Shown here in pieces: positions 36,515-44,918 of a stretch of 64,000 nt of DNA. The stretch comes from an uncultured Collinsella sp. (lineage in GTDB: Bacteria > Actinomycetota > Coriobacteriia > Coriobacteriales > Coriobacteriaceae), in the NCBI GenBank assembly GCA_964602045.1, contig CAZRPL010000002.1, positions 34,498-98,497 of the forward strand. The letters run 5' to 3'. The translations under genes were made by a program, and so were the position numbers. How positions within the stretch are numbered: position 1 is the stretch's first letter; each line of letters begins with the position of its first letter. The notes beneath the pieces are model-generated. The model was not told the DNA's origin. It searched no databases and saw only the letters and a program-made list of their open reading frames with translations.

Positions 36515-38536
36515 ATGCCTCATCCATACCAGGCCCTGCAACCTCGCCGTCGAATCGCGCACCTGCTCGGCGTAGCGATCCTCCTTGTAGCCTGCCTGCT
36601 CGGCGGGTGCTCCACCTCGGACACCTCGACCCATGAGTTCGAACTCGTCGAGAACGGCAAGCTCACCGTGGCGAGCGACCTCGCAACGCCGCCGTTCGAG
36701 TACACCGACGATGCGGGCAACCCGCAGGGATTCACCTACGACCTCATGGGCATGATCGCCGAGGAGCTCGGCCTCGAGCTCAACTACCTGCCCGCGCAGA
36801 AATTCGACAGCATCATCCCGATGACCAAGCAAGCCGTCAAAACCGATGTCGGCGCCTGCAACATCACCATCAACGACGAGCGCCTGGAAGAGGTCGATTT
36901 CACCGACCCCTATATGGATTCCAACCAGGGCATCGCCACCACCAAAGACGGTGGCTACGACACTGTCGAGGCGCTCAACACCGCAGGTGTCCGCATCGCG
37001 GTGCAGGCGGGCACGACGTCCGAGGAATGGGCGATCGAGCATCTGCCGAACGCTCAGACGGTGAACTTCGACGACTGGACCGCCGCGTTCACCGCAGTCA
37101 TGAGCGGCCAATGCCAGGGCGTCGTCTGCGACCTGCCCGTCGAGCAATGGATGGTCTCGAACTCCTTCACCGGCATGCAGATCATCGAGGAGGTTCCCAC
37201 CGGCGAGCAGTTCGGCATCGCCGTGAGCAAGGACAATCCCGAACTGACCGAAGCCATCAACGCGGCGCTGGCCGAGATCCGCGCCGACGGGCGCTACGAT
37301 ACGCTGTACGAGGAGTGGTTCGGCGTGGCGCCGAGCAGCTCCGAGCAGGACGGCGAATCCGAGACGGCCGAGATCCCCGATGCCCTCACCGTCACCAAAG
37401 CGAGCGCCCAGTCCAACGAGGACGGCGGCACGGCGGTGCTCGGCGGTATCGCGACGCGCCTGACCTGGGAAGCCACGGTCGGAGCGGATGCCGAGGTATC
37501 GCAGCTGACACTCACCCTGCCCGAGGGCGGTTCCTTCGAGGATTCCGGTGCCACGGTATACGCCGTGGAAGACCTGACCCGCACCGAGCTCGTCTGCACC
37601 TCGCATATCGACGGCTCCGCCCTCGTCATCGACTTCGCCGAGGCCATCGCCGCCGGCACGCAGCTGACCGTCGAGGTCGAGGGCGTGTTGTTCCCCAGCA
37701 CCGCCGGCGCCTACGCGGTTGGCGGCACGTACACCTCGGCCGACGGCGAGGTACGCGACCTGCCCGACAGCCCCACCATCGCGGTGAGCGAGAGCACGGC
37801 CGTCCAGTCTATCGTAAGCTGGCTCGACGACCAGGCGTGGGTGCAGGCGTGGAACGCGAACCCGTTTTTGGGGATGTTCCTGCGCCCGCAGTACATCGTG
37901 ACGTCGATCGCCTCGCTGTCCCAGGGCTGGGGCGCCGCCCTGCTCGTCACGGCGATCGGCTTCCCGCTCGCCGTACCGCTCGCGCTGTTGATCACCTTCA
38001 TGAAGATCAGCCACTACAAGCCGCTGCGCGCCATCGCCATCACCTACATCAACGTGCTGCGCGGCACACCGCTGTTCCTGCAGATCTACATCGCGTTCTT
38101 CGGCTTCCCCATGTTGGGGCTGAACTTGCCCAACCTGCCGCTCGGCATCGGCGTGCTCGCCATCAACTGCTCGGCGTACCTCGCCGAGATCTTCCGCGCG
38201 GGCATCCAATCCATCCCGCGTGGGCAGTTCGAGGCCGCGCGGTCACAGGGCTTCGGCTTCATAAGCACCATGTGGCTCATCATCCTGCCGCAGACGTTCC
38301 GCCGTGTGATCCCCACCATGACCAGCGAGCTTGTCATGCTCTACAAGGACACCTCCCTGCTGTCGAGCGTGGGTGTCATGGAGCTCATGATGTTCTCCAA
38401 GAATCTCACCGCGGTGACCGGCAACATCACGCCCTACATCGTGGCCGCCCTGTACTACTTGGTCGTGACCATCCCGCTGATCCACGTGATCACCAACGTC
38501 GAGAAGAAGATGGCGGCAGGCGAGGGTCGCCGCTAG
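36515..38536 (+). CDS. Fused amino-acid ABC transporter: lipoprotein substrate-binding domain + ~170-aa insert + permease
   Basis: Lipobox LLGGCS. Type-3 SBP (LTVASDLATPPFEY...). His/Glu/Gln/Arg-opine permease motifs (LRGTPLFLQIYI, EAARSQGF...ILPQ). Alternative starts at 36443 and 36491. Confidence 0.85.
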   Translation: MPHPYQALQPRRRIAHLLGVAILLVACLLGGCSTSDTSTHEFELVENGKLTVASDLATPPFEYTDDAGNPQGFTYDLMGMIAEELGLELNYLPAQKFDSIIPMTKQAVKTDVGACNITINDERLEEVDFTDPYMDSNQGIATTKDGGYDTVEALNTAGVRIAVQAGTTSEEWAIEHLPNAQTVNFDDWTAAFTAVMSGQCQGVVCDLPVEQWMVSNSFTGMQIIEEVPTGEQFGIAVSKDNPELTEAINAALAEIRADGRYDTLYEEWFGVAPSSSEQDGESETAEIPDALTVTKASAQSNEDGGTAVLGGIATRLTWEATVGADAEVSQLTLTLPEGGSFEDSGATVYAVEDLTRTELVCTSHIDGSALVIDFAEAIAAGTQLTVEVEGVLFPSTAGAYAVGGTYTSADGEVRDLPDSPTIAVSESTAVQSIVSWLDDQAWVQAWNANPFLGMFLRPQYIVTSIASLSQGWGAALLVTAIGFPLAVPLALLITFMKISHYKPLRAIAITYINVLRGTPLFLQIYIAFFGFPMLGLNLPNLPLGIGVLAINCSAYLAEIFRAGIQSIPRGQFEAARSQGFGFISTMWLIILPQTFRRVIPTMTSELVMLYKDTSLLSSVGVMELMMFSKNLTAVTGNITPYIVAALYYLVVTIPLIHVITNVEKKMAAGEGRR

Positions 38537-38554
38537 CCCGAGCAACACCGTAAC

Positions 38555-38592
38555 GGGCGCAGCAGACAGCCTGCAGCGCCCCTGATCTTTGT
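38555..38592 (+). terminator. Possible terminator after the ABC fusion gene
   Basis: GGGCGC...GCGCCC hairpin (38555-38581), followed by CTGATCTTTGTT. Confidence 0.4.
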
Positions 38593-38650
38593 TAAGATGC
38601 TATTCTTAATATAGGGATTTAATCGGTAGTCCAGCCGTGGCACTCACTGC

Positions 38651-38776
38651 GCGAAGTGGGTGTTTTGATTCGGAACCGCTTTGCATACACCAGCAGCAGC
38701 AATTTTGATGCCTGCGGTTTTAATCTTCTGGCACACGCATCTACTGGGACACTCCGAAATAAAACACTCACTTCGC
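38651..38776. repeat. 16-nt inverted repeat pair in the low-GC spacer
   Basis: GCGAAGTGGGTGTTTT (38651-38666) versus AAAACACTCACTTCGC (38761-38776); one mismatch. Confidence 0.55.
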
Positions 38777-38887
38777 AAAAGCCCTGGACCGAGACCTCTC
38801 CAAAACATGCCTGGGATGGGCCAGAAGACTGCTTTGTCCTATTTTGGGATGGAGAAAGCGGGCATGGTTGCGCCTCAAGGACACGAA

Positions 38888-38920
38888 CGGGGCCGCCGAC
38901 CCGTGTGGTCGGCGGCCCCG
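38888..38920 (-). terminator. Strong hairpin downstream of the hydrogenase operon
   Basis: 13-bp stem CGGGGCCGCCGAC / GTCGGCGGCCCCG with a 7-nt loop. No clear U tract. Confidence 0.5.
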
Positions 38921-38950
38921 TTGCCACCATGCGATTCCTGAGCCCATCCG

Positions 38951-39484
38951 CTACTCGGCGGCCTTCTTCCCATCGGAAGTCGCGGCTCCTTCGTCGGCAG
39001 TCTCCGCGGCCTTAGCAGCCTTTTTGGCGGCCGCGGCCTTGCGAGCAGCCTCGACACGGGCCTGCTGCTCGGGCGTCAGCTCGCGCTTGGGCCTGGCGGC
39101 ACCGGCGCCGGCGGCCTTGGCGGCGGGCTTAGCCGGCATGTCCTTATGCTCGGTCACCGTGTGGAGCTCCGTGGTGGGCTCGGTGTTGTACACATCCATG
39201 CTCAGACAGTGCTTGGGGCAGTCGTTCACGCACGAGGAACACTGGATGCAGCGGTACGGATCGATCGTCCAGTCGCCGGCCTTGCGGTCGACCGTGATCG
39301 CGTCGGCCGGGCACACGCGGGCGCACATGCCGCACATGATGCAGCTCTCGACGTCATTCACCACGTGCCCACGCATATGCGGGAACAAGCCGGGGATATC
39401 GCGTTTCTCGTACGGGTAGCGCACCGTCGCGGGCTTTTTGAACAGCGACCCGAGCGTCATCTTGGCAAGATTGAAAGATCCCAT
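38951..39484 (-). CDS. echF: Ech-type hydrogenase 2x[4Fe-4S] subunit (NuoI-like) with Ala/Lys-rich C-terminal tail
   Basis: CIMCGMCARVCP and CIQCSSCVNDCP motifs. Tail PAKPAAKAAGAGAARPK...AAAAKKAAKAAE. Start at the ATG at 39484. Confidence 0.88.
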   Translation of the reverse strand: MGSFNLAKMTLGSLFKKPATVRYPYEKRDIPGLFPHMRGHVVNDVESCIMCGMCARVCPADAITVDRKAGDWTIDPYRCIQCSSCVNDCPKHCLSMDVYNTEPTTELHTVTEHKDMPAKPAAKAAGAGAARPKRELTPEQQARVEAARKAAAAKKAAKAAETADEGAATSDGKKAAE

Positions 39485-39491
39485 CCGGCAC

Positions 39492-40586
39492 CTACCTTTC
39501 CGTGCAGCTGATGCACGGGTCAATCGTCAGGATGATCATGGGCACGTCGGCCAGGTCCACACCCTGCAGCGCACGCACCATGCCGGCGAGGTTCTGCGAG
39601 GTCGGTGTGCGCAGGCGGAAGCGGTCGAGGAACTTGGTGCCGTTGCCGCGCACGTAGTAGAACGCCTCGCCGCGGGGCTGCTCGATGAGCACGTGCGCGC
39701 GGCTGTTCTCGGAAGGCAGCACCTTGGGACCGGGCTTGCCACCGATGCCGTCGTGCGGAATCTTGGCGACGAGCTCCTTGATGATGTCGATGGCCTGGTA
39801 GACCTCCTCGCAGCGCACCTTGCAGCGGGCGTAGCAGTCGCCCTCGGTGGAGATGATGGGCTGGAAGTGCTCCAGGTCGCCATAGGCGCCGAAGCCAGTC
39901 GTGCGCATATCGTGCTCGATACCCGAACCCTTGGCGAACGGACCGACCATCGACAGCTCGAGCGCATCCTCGAACGAGATGTAGCCCACGCCGCACAGAC
40001 GGCTGCGTACGGAGCTGTCATTCAGCATGGTGTCTACGATGATCTTATACTCGCGACGCAGGCCATCGAGCTCGTCGCACACCTCGCGCAACATCGCGTC
40101 GTCGATGTCGTGCGCCATGCCGCCCACGATGCAGATGGACAGGATGATGCGGCCGCCGCAGGTCTTCTGGAAGATATCCAAGATGGTCTCACGCAAGCGC
40201 CAGCAATGGTTGAACAGGCTCTCGAAACCGAAGCCGTCGGCGAGCAGGCCCAGCCACAGCAGGTGCGAATGGATGCGCGAGAGCTCCTCCAGGATGGCGC
40301 GTAGGTAATCCACACGGCGCGGAACCTCGATACCGAGCAGCTTCTCGGTCGCGGCGGCGTAGCCGTACCCATGGCCGAAGCTGCAGATGCCGCAGACGCG
40401 CTCGGCGACGTAGACGAACTGGTTGTAGTCGCGCTTCTGGACGAGCTTCTCCAGACCGCGATGGACGAATCCGATCTGCGGGATGGCCTCGACCACGCGC
40501 TCGTCTTCGACCACGAGGTCCAGGTGCACCGGCTCGGGCAGCACCGGATGCTGAGGACCGAACGGGATGACGGAACGTGTTGCCAT
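39492..40586 (-). CDS. echE: Group 4 [NiFe]-hydrogenase large subunit (NuoD-like)
   Basis: 364 aa. FGPQHPVLPEP, N-terminal RVCGICS and C-terminal DPCISCTER Ni-binding cysteine pairs. Confidence 0.92.
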   Translation of the reverse strand: MATRSVIPFGPQHPVLPEPVHLDLVVEDERVVEAIPQIGFVHRGLEKLVQKRDYNQFVYVAERVCGICSFGHGYGYAAATEKLLGIEVPRRVDYLRAILEELSRIHSHLLWLGLLADGFGFESLFNHCWRLRETILDIFQKTCGGRIILSICIVGGMAHDIDDAMLREVCDELDGLRREYKIIVDTMLNDSSVRSRLCGVGYISFEDALELSMVGPFAKGSGIEHDMRTTGFGAYGDLEHFQPIISTEGDCYARCKVRCEEVYQAIDIIKELVAKIPHDGIGGKPGPKVLPSENSRAHVLIEQPRGEAFYYVRGNGTKFLDRFRLRTPTSQNLAGMVRALQGVDLADVPMIILTIDPCISCTER

Positions 40587-40587
40587 G

Positions 40588-41295
40588 CTACTCCCCTTCC
40601 TTGGCGGTATCGGCAGCCGGCGTCTCGGCGGCGGCGCGGGCGGCGTCCTTGGCCTTCTTGGCCTCGAGCGCGGCGCGGACCTTAGCCGCCTTCTCGGGAT
40701 CCATGTTCGCGAGCTTGGCCTCCATCATGGCGGCGCGCTCCTCCTCGCTCGGCTTGTCGGCCTTCGCGGCGGCAGGCGCCATCTCGTTCACCGCGGCGAC
40801 GGCGGCCGCATCGGCGGCGGCGCGGTCCTCGGTGAGGGCACGCTCAGCGCTTTTGGCCTCGGCGGCCTCGCGGGCGGCCTTGGCCTCCTTGGCGGCCTTC
40901 GCGGCGCGCAGCTTGGCGGCCTTCTCGCGCTCGGCCTTCATCTCGGGCGTGATGACCGTCATGGGCGAAGTCTCGGCGAGGCTGAAGAAGTGCCCGCCGA
41001 AGTCGAGCTTCATGTTGATGAAGTTCACGCCGAACAGATCGTGGGCCTCGTTCTCGTAAGAGAACGCCGCGAAGTACAGGCCCTGGATCGAGGGCACCTC
41101 GGCGCCCTCGGGCACGCTCACGCACAGATTGAGCGCGTTGTCGCACGTCTCGTCGTAGAACGTGTACACCAGGTCGATCCCGCTCTCGGGGAACTCGGCG
41201 CACAGCTGGACGAAGCGCATGCCCTCGTGCTTTAAGCTCTGGACGCGCTGGAGCAGCTCGATCAGCGGCACGTCGACGAACTCGGTCGTATACAT
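40588..41295 (-). CDS. echD: NuoC-like hydrogenase subunit with ~115-aa Ala/Lys/Glu-rich C-terminal extension
   Basis: AAFSYENEAHDLFGVNF NuoC-type motif. Tail KAEREKAAKLRAAKAAKEAKAAREAAEAK... Its ATG abuts the TAG of the upstream gene. Confidence 0.85.
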   Translation of the reverse strand: MYTTEFVDVPLIELLQRVQSLKHEGMRFVQLCAEFPESGIDLVYTFYDETCDNALNLCVSVPEGAEVPSIQGLYFAAFSYENEAHDLFGVNFINMKLDFGGHFFSLAETSPMTVITPEMKAEREKAAKLRAAKAAKEAKAAREAAEAKSAERALTEDRAAADAAAVAAVNEMAPAAAKADKPSEEERAAMMEAKLANMDPEKAAKVRAALEAKKAKDAARAAAETPAADTAKEGE

Positions 41296-41808
41296 CTAGT
41301 CCTCCCTCGCCTTCATGGCCTTGAGGCGGGCGTTGACCGCCTCGTCGTCCAGCAGGTCCGCAGGTTCCTGCAGGGTCTCACCGGCGGCGAGGCGACGGGC
41401 CTTCTCGTCCAAGATCTCGACACCCTTCAAAACGGCGTCGATGATGGTCTCGGGGCGCACGGCACAGCCCGGAGCGTACACGTCGACCGGAATCGCCTTG
41501 TCCACGCCGCCGATCACGTTGTAGCAGTCGCGGAACACGCCGCCCGTACACGCGCAGATGCCGCAGGCCACGACGACCTTGGGCTCGAGCATCTGGCTAT
41601 AGATGTGGCGCACCACGCGGATGTTCTGCGCATTGATCGAACCCGTCACCAAGAAGATGTCGGCGTGCTTGGGGTTACCGGTGTTGATGATGCCGAAACG
41701 CTCGATATCGTAGAGCGGCATGAGGGAATCGAGCACCTCGATGTCGCAGCCGTTGCAGCTCGAGCCGTCGTAGTGGATGAGCCACGGCGATTTGGAGTTG
41801 TATGCCAT
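41296..41808 (-). CDS. echC: Hydrogenase small subunit (NuoB-like)
   Basis: 170 aa. CNGCDIE...ACGICACTGG...APGCAVRPE cysteine pattern. Confidence 0.92.
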   Translation of the reverse strand: MAYNSKSPWLIHYDGSSCNGCDIEVLDSLMPLYDIERFGIINTGNPKHADIFLVTGSINAQNIRVVRHIYSQMLEPKVVVACGICACTGGVFRDCYNVIGGVDKAIPVDVYAPGCAVRPETIIDAVLKGVEILDEKARRLAAGETLQEPADLLDDEAVNARLKAMKARED

Positions 41809-41820
41809 ATCCCTCGCTCC

Positions 41821-44694
41821 TTAGATGAACGGCGTGATGAGCACGTAGAACAGGTTGACGACGCCCACCACGAGCGCGATGAGCCATGCCAGCTTGAGGC
41901 AGTTCTGCCACTTGGTACGGGCGAAGTTGTTGTCGATCGCGACCTCGAGGAACCAGGTGATCGCAACCACGACGATCGCGACGATGATCGAGATGGGCGA
42001 GTCCCAGATGAAGAACATGCCGATCCACATGAGGAACAGCACGCTCTCACACCAGTGCATGACCTCGATCTTGGCGAGCGTGCGGCCGGTCATCTCGGTC
42101 GTGATGCCCTTGAGCAGCTCCTGGTGCGCATGATGGCTGTAGGACAGATCGAACGGCGACTTGCGCAGCTTGATGGTCAGGATGAACAGCAGGCCGATGA
42201 AGATCGGGATGAGCGTCACGATGATGGGCTGCTCGAGCGAGAACAGGCGCGCGATGTCGAACGACTGTGTCGCGGTGAAGAAGCCCACCGTCATGATGAG
42301 CAGCATGGGCTCGTAGGACATGACCTGCAGGCACTCGCGATCCGCACCGGCGTCGGCCCACGGGGAGCGCGAAGAGTACGCGGCGATGATCACGAACAGC
42401 GTGGCGAGCGTCACGAGGAACACGCACAAAAGCAAGTTGGAACCGGAGATGAACATGCCGCCGGCGAGGATGCAGAAGATGAGCGCGCAGGTGACGTAGG
42501 TCTCGTCGATGGCGTTGACGCTCGTCTGCTCCTTGGTCAGCAGCTTGCGCACGTCGTAGTAGGGCTGGAGCAGGCGCGGTCCCACGCGGCCCTGCATGTG
42601 GGCGCTCACCTTGCGGTCCAGGCCGTCGAGCAGGCAGCCCACGACGGGTGCCGCGATGGCGAAGACGACGCAGCCAGCCGCGATACCGAGCAGACCCGGG
42701 CCGACGAGCATGACCTCGCGCTCGACGAGGAACGTACCGCCGGCGAGCAGGTCGGTGTGGAAGATGAAGCAGGCGGCGAAGGCCATGAGCATGCCGGCGC
42801 CGCAGATGATCTGACCGACGAGGGTGAGCAGGTGCTCGGGGAAGACGCCGGCGAGATACCAGTTGCGCTTGGTGGAGCGCATCGTGCGGCCCATGGAGCC
42901 CAGATAGGTGCGCGAGTCGGCGTCAAGGCACACGCCCGACAGATACACGTGCTGGCGCGCCTTGGAGAAGCGGCCCCACGGCGTGAGCAGCACGATGGCG
43001 ATGAACAGCACGATGACGACCATGATGAGCATGTTGTCGAGGTCGATGAGGCGCGGGACCTTGTTGTAGGTGACCTCGAGGTAGGGCCCGATCACGAACT
43101 GCGAGATGACGGGCAGCAGCATGCAGCACAAGACGAGTAGGGCGGAGATGAAGCCGATCGCGGTCCACTCGCTCTTGTGCACGCCGCCCTCGACGTTCTC
43201 GGCCTTCTGCGACACGCCGGCGAGCTTGCCGAGCCATTTGGCCCAGAAGAAGAACGTGGCGGCAGAGCCGAAGGCGAGCAGGATCAAGAAGAGCACATTG
43301 CCCGTCTCGGCGAACGACACGAGCGTGGCCCACTTGGAGATGAGCATGCCGAACGGCGCCACGAACATACCCATGATGCCGAGCATCATGAATCGCGTGA
43401 GTCGCGGCAGGCGGCTGAACAGACCATCCATGTCCTCGATGTTGCGGCTCCCGATACGGTGCTCGACGGTACCCACGCACAGGAACAGAACCGACTTGGA
43501 CACGGTGTGGAAGATGATCAGGAAGATGGCGGCCCACACGGCCTCGGAGGTGCCCACGCCCGCGCAGGCGGAGATGAGGCCGAGGTTGGCGATCGTGGAG
43601 TACGCGAGCACGCGCTTGGCGTTACTCTGCGAGACGGCCATGAACGAGCAGAGCACGAAGGTCACGCCGCCGACGGCGACGACCATGGCCGAGGCAATGG
43701 GATACACCAGGTAGAGCGGGGCGAGCTTGACGAGCAGGAACACGCCGGCCTTGACCATGGTGGACGAGTGCAGAAGGGCGCTCGTGGGGGTCGGGGCAAC
43801 CATGGCACCGAGCAGCCACTGGTGGAACGGCATCTGCGCGGCTTTGGTGAGACCGGCGACCGACAGCAGCATGAGCGGCATGATGAGCATATCGGCCTGC
43901 GCGCCGGCGGCGACCTCGACCATGCCGTTGATGGACAGCGGTACGCCGGTGGTGTGCATGACGACAAGCGCCACGTGGAACGCCAGACCGCCGACCATGT
44001 TGAGGTTGATCTGCAGGATGGCGCTCTTCTTGGCCTCGGGCGTACGCGTATAGCCGATCATGAGGAAGGAGCATACGGTCGTGATCTCCCAGCCCGCGAC
44101 GAGCCAGTCGAAGTTATCGGAGGTCACGATGATGAACATCGCCGACAGGAACAGGAACATGAGGGCGATGAACTGATGGCGACGATCGATCGCCTGCGTT
44201 CCCGCGCGGCGGGCCGCCTCATCCTCATGATGCTGGAAGTCCTTCATGTAGCCGAGCGCGTAGATGCAGATGGCGCTACCGACCAGACCGACGATGAGCA
44301 CCATGATCACCGACAGCGTGTCGATGTACATGGGCTCGGCCATGGCATCCTCGGGATGCAGTGCAAACGAGCCGCACCAGATGGAAACGGCGAGCTGGAT
44401 GGCGGAAAGCAGGAACATCACCGTGTTCCGATACCGGATCGCCATGACAAACACGAAACCGCACAGGAACAGGTCGACGGCGACCGCCACGTAGTTGCCC
44501 GCGAGCGAGAGGTCGGGCGACATGGCGAACGTCGTCGGATCGCCCATGTACGTGACGGCGGTGACGATGCTGGCGATGGCGATGACCACCGCGGACCCGA
44601 CCACGATCGGATCGCGCTGCGCATCACCCTTGAACAGCATCAATGCGATCGCGACGACCAAGGGAAAGGCGATCAGGAACCCCAGTAAAGCCAT
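41821..44694 (-). CDS. Fused membrane subunit: NuoL/HyfB-like antiporter module (EchA-like) + NuoH/HycD-like module (EchB-like)
   Basis: ~957 aa. The N-terminal ~650 aa is antiporter-like. The last ~300 aa carry LDGLDRKVSAHMQGRVGPRLLQPYYDVRKLLTKE (NuoH/HycD hallmark). Start at 44694 (AAAGGGG SD) or 44712. Confidence 0.88.
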   Translation of the reverse strand: MALLGFLIAFPLVVAIALMLFKGDAQRDPIVVGSAVVIAIASIVTAVTYMGDPTTFAMSPDLSLAGNYVAVAVDLFLCGFVFVMAIRYRNTVMFLLSAIQLAVSIWCGSFALHPEDAMAEPMYIDTLSVIMVLIVGLVGSAICIYALGYMKDFQHHEDEAARRAGTQAIDRRHQFIALMFLFLSAMFIIVTSDNFDWLVAGWEITTVCSFLMIGYTRTPEAKKSAILQINLNMVGGLAFHVALVVMHTTGVPLSINGMVEVAAGAQADMLIMPLMLLSVAGLTKAAQMPFHQWLLGAMVAPTPTSALLHSSTMVKAGVFLLVKLAPLYLVYPIASAMVVAVGGVTFVLCSFMAVSQSNAKRVLAYSTIANLGLISACAGVGTSEAVWAAIFLIIFHTVSKSVLFLCVGTVEHRIGSRNIEDMDGLFSRLPRLTRFMMLGIMGMFVAPFGMLISKWATLVSFAETGNVLFLILLAFGSAATFFFWAKWLGKLAGVSQKAENVEGGVHKSEWTAIGFISALLVLCCMLLPVISQFVIGPYLEVTYNKVPRLIDLDNMLIMVVIVLFIAIVLLTPWGRFSKARQHVYLSGVCLDADSRTYLGSMGRTMRSTKRNWYLAGVFPEHLLTLVGQIICGAGMLMAFAACFIFHTDLLAGGTFLVEREVMLVGPGLLGIAAGCVVFAIAAPVVGCLLDGLDRKVSAHMQGRVGPRLLQPYYDVRKLLTKEQTSVNAIDETYVTCALIFCILAGGMFISGSNLLLCVFLVTLATLFVIIAAYSSRSPWADAGADRECLQVMSYEPMLLIMTVGFFTATQSFDIARLFSLEQPIIVTLIPIFIGLLFILTIKLRKSPFDLSYSHHAHQELLKGITTEMTGRTLAKIEVMHWCESVLFLMWIGMFFIWDSPISIIVAIVVVAITWFLEVAIDNNFARTKWQNCLKLAWLIALVVGVVNLFYVLITPFI

Positions 44695-44736
44695 AGGCAC
44701 CCCTTTTTGCATGAAGCTTCACATAAACAACGCTTC

Positions 44737-44747
44737 ATTATAGTGCA
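44737..44747 (-). promoter_or_regulatory. Putative -10 (TGCACTATAAT) for the hydrogenase operon
   Basis: Minus-strand TGCACTATAAT, ~25-45 nt upstream of the start codon. Confidence 0.35.
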
Positions 44748-44815
44748 GAAGCACCCCGATGGACGCATGGGCTTCACCGACGGGTGAGCAAACGTGCGGA
44801 CAACGCGATTTGACG

Positions 44816-44869
44816 AAAAGGCCGGTGCCACGCAGGCGGGGCGCGTGTCCCACCAACACGGCACCGGCC
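44816..44869 (-). terminator. Terminator downstream of fprA
   Basis: 10-bp stem GGCCGGTGCC / GGCACCGGCC (30-nt loop), followed on the minus strand by TTTTCGTC. Confidence 0.5.
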
Positions 44870-44918
44870 GCATGTCCCAAGTTTCTCCTGGCTACTTTTG
44901 GGACAGGAACAGACGGTG

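Noticed and set aside
36473-38209. 578-aa minus-strand ORF overlapping the ABC fusion gene
   Set aside because: It is antisense to a gene with clear SBP and permease motifs. Its product is R/G/D/H-rich with no motifs.
41605-44688. Plus-strand ORFs of 511 and 503 aa across the hydrogenase membrane subunit
   Set aside because: These are antisense shadows of the EchA/EchB-like gene. Their products are dominated by H/D/E/R/G runs.
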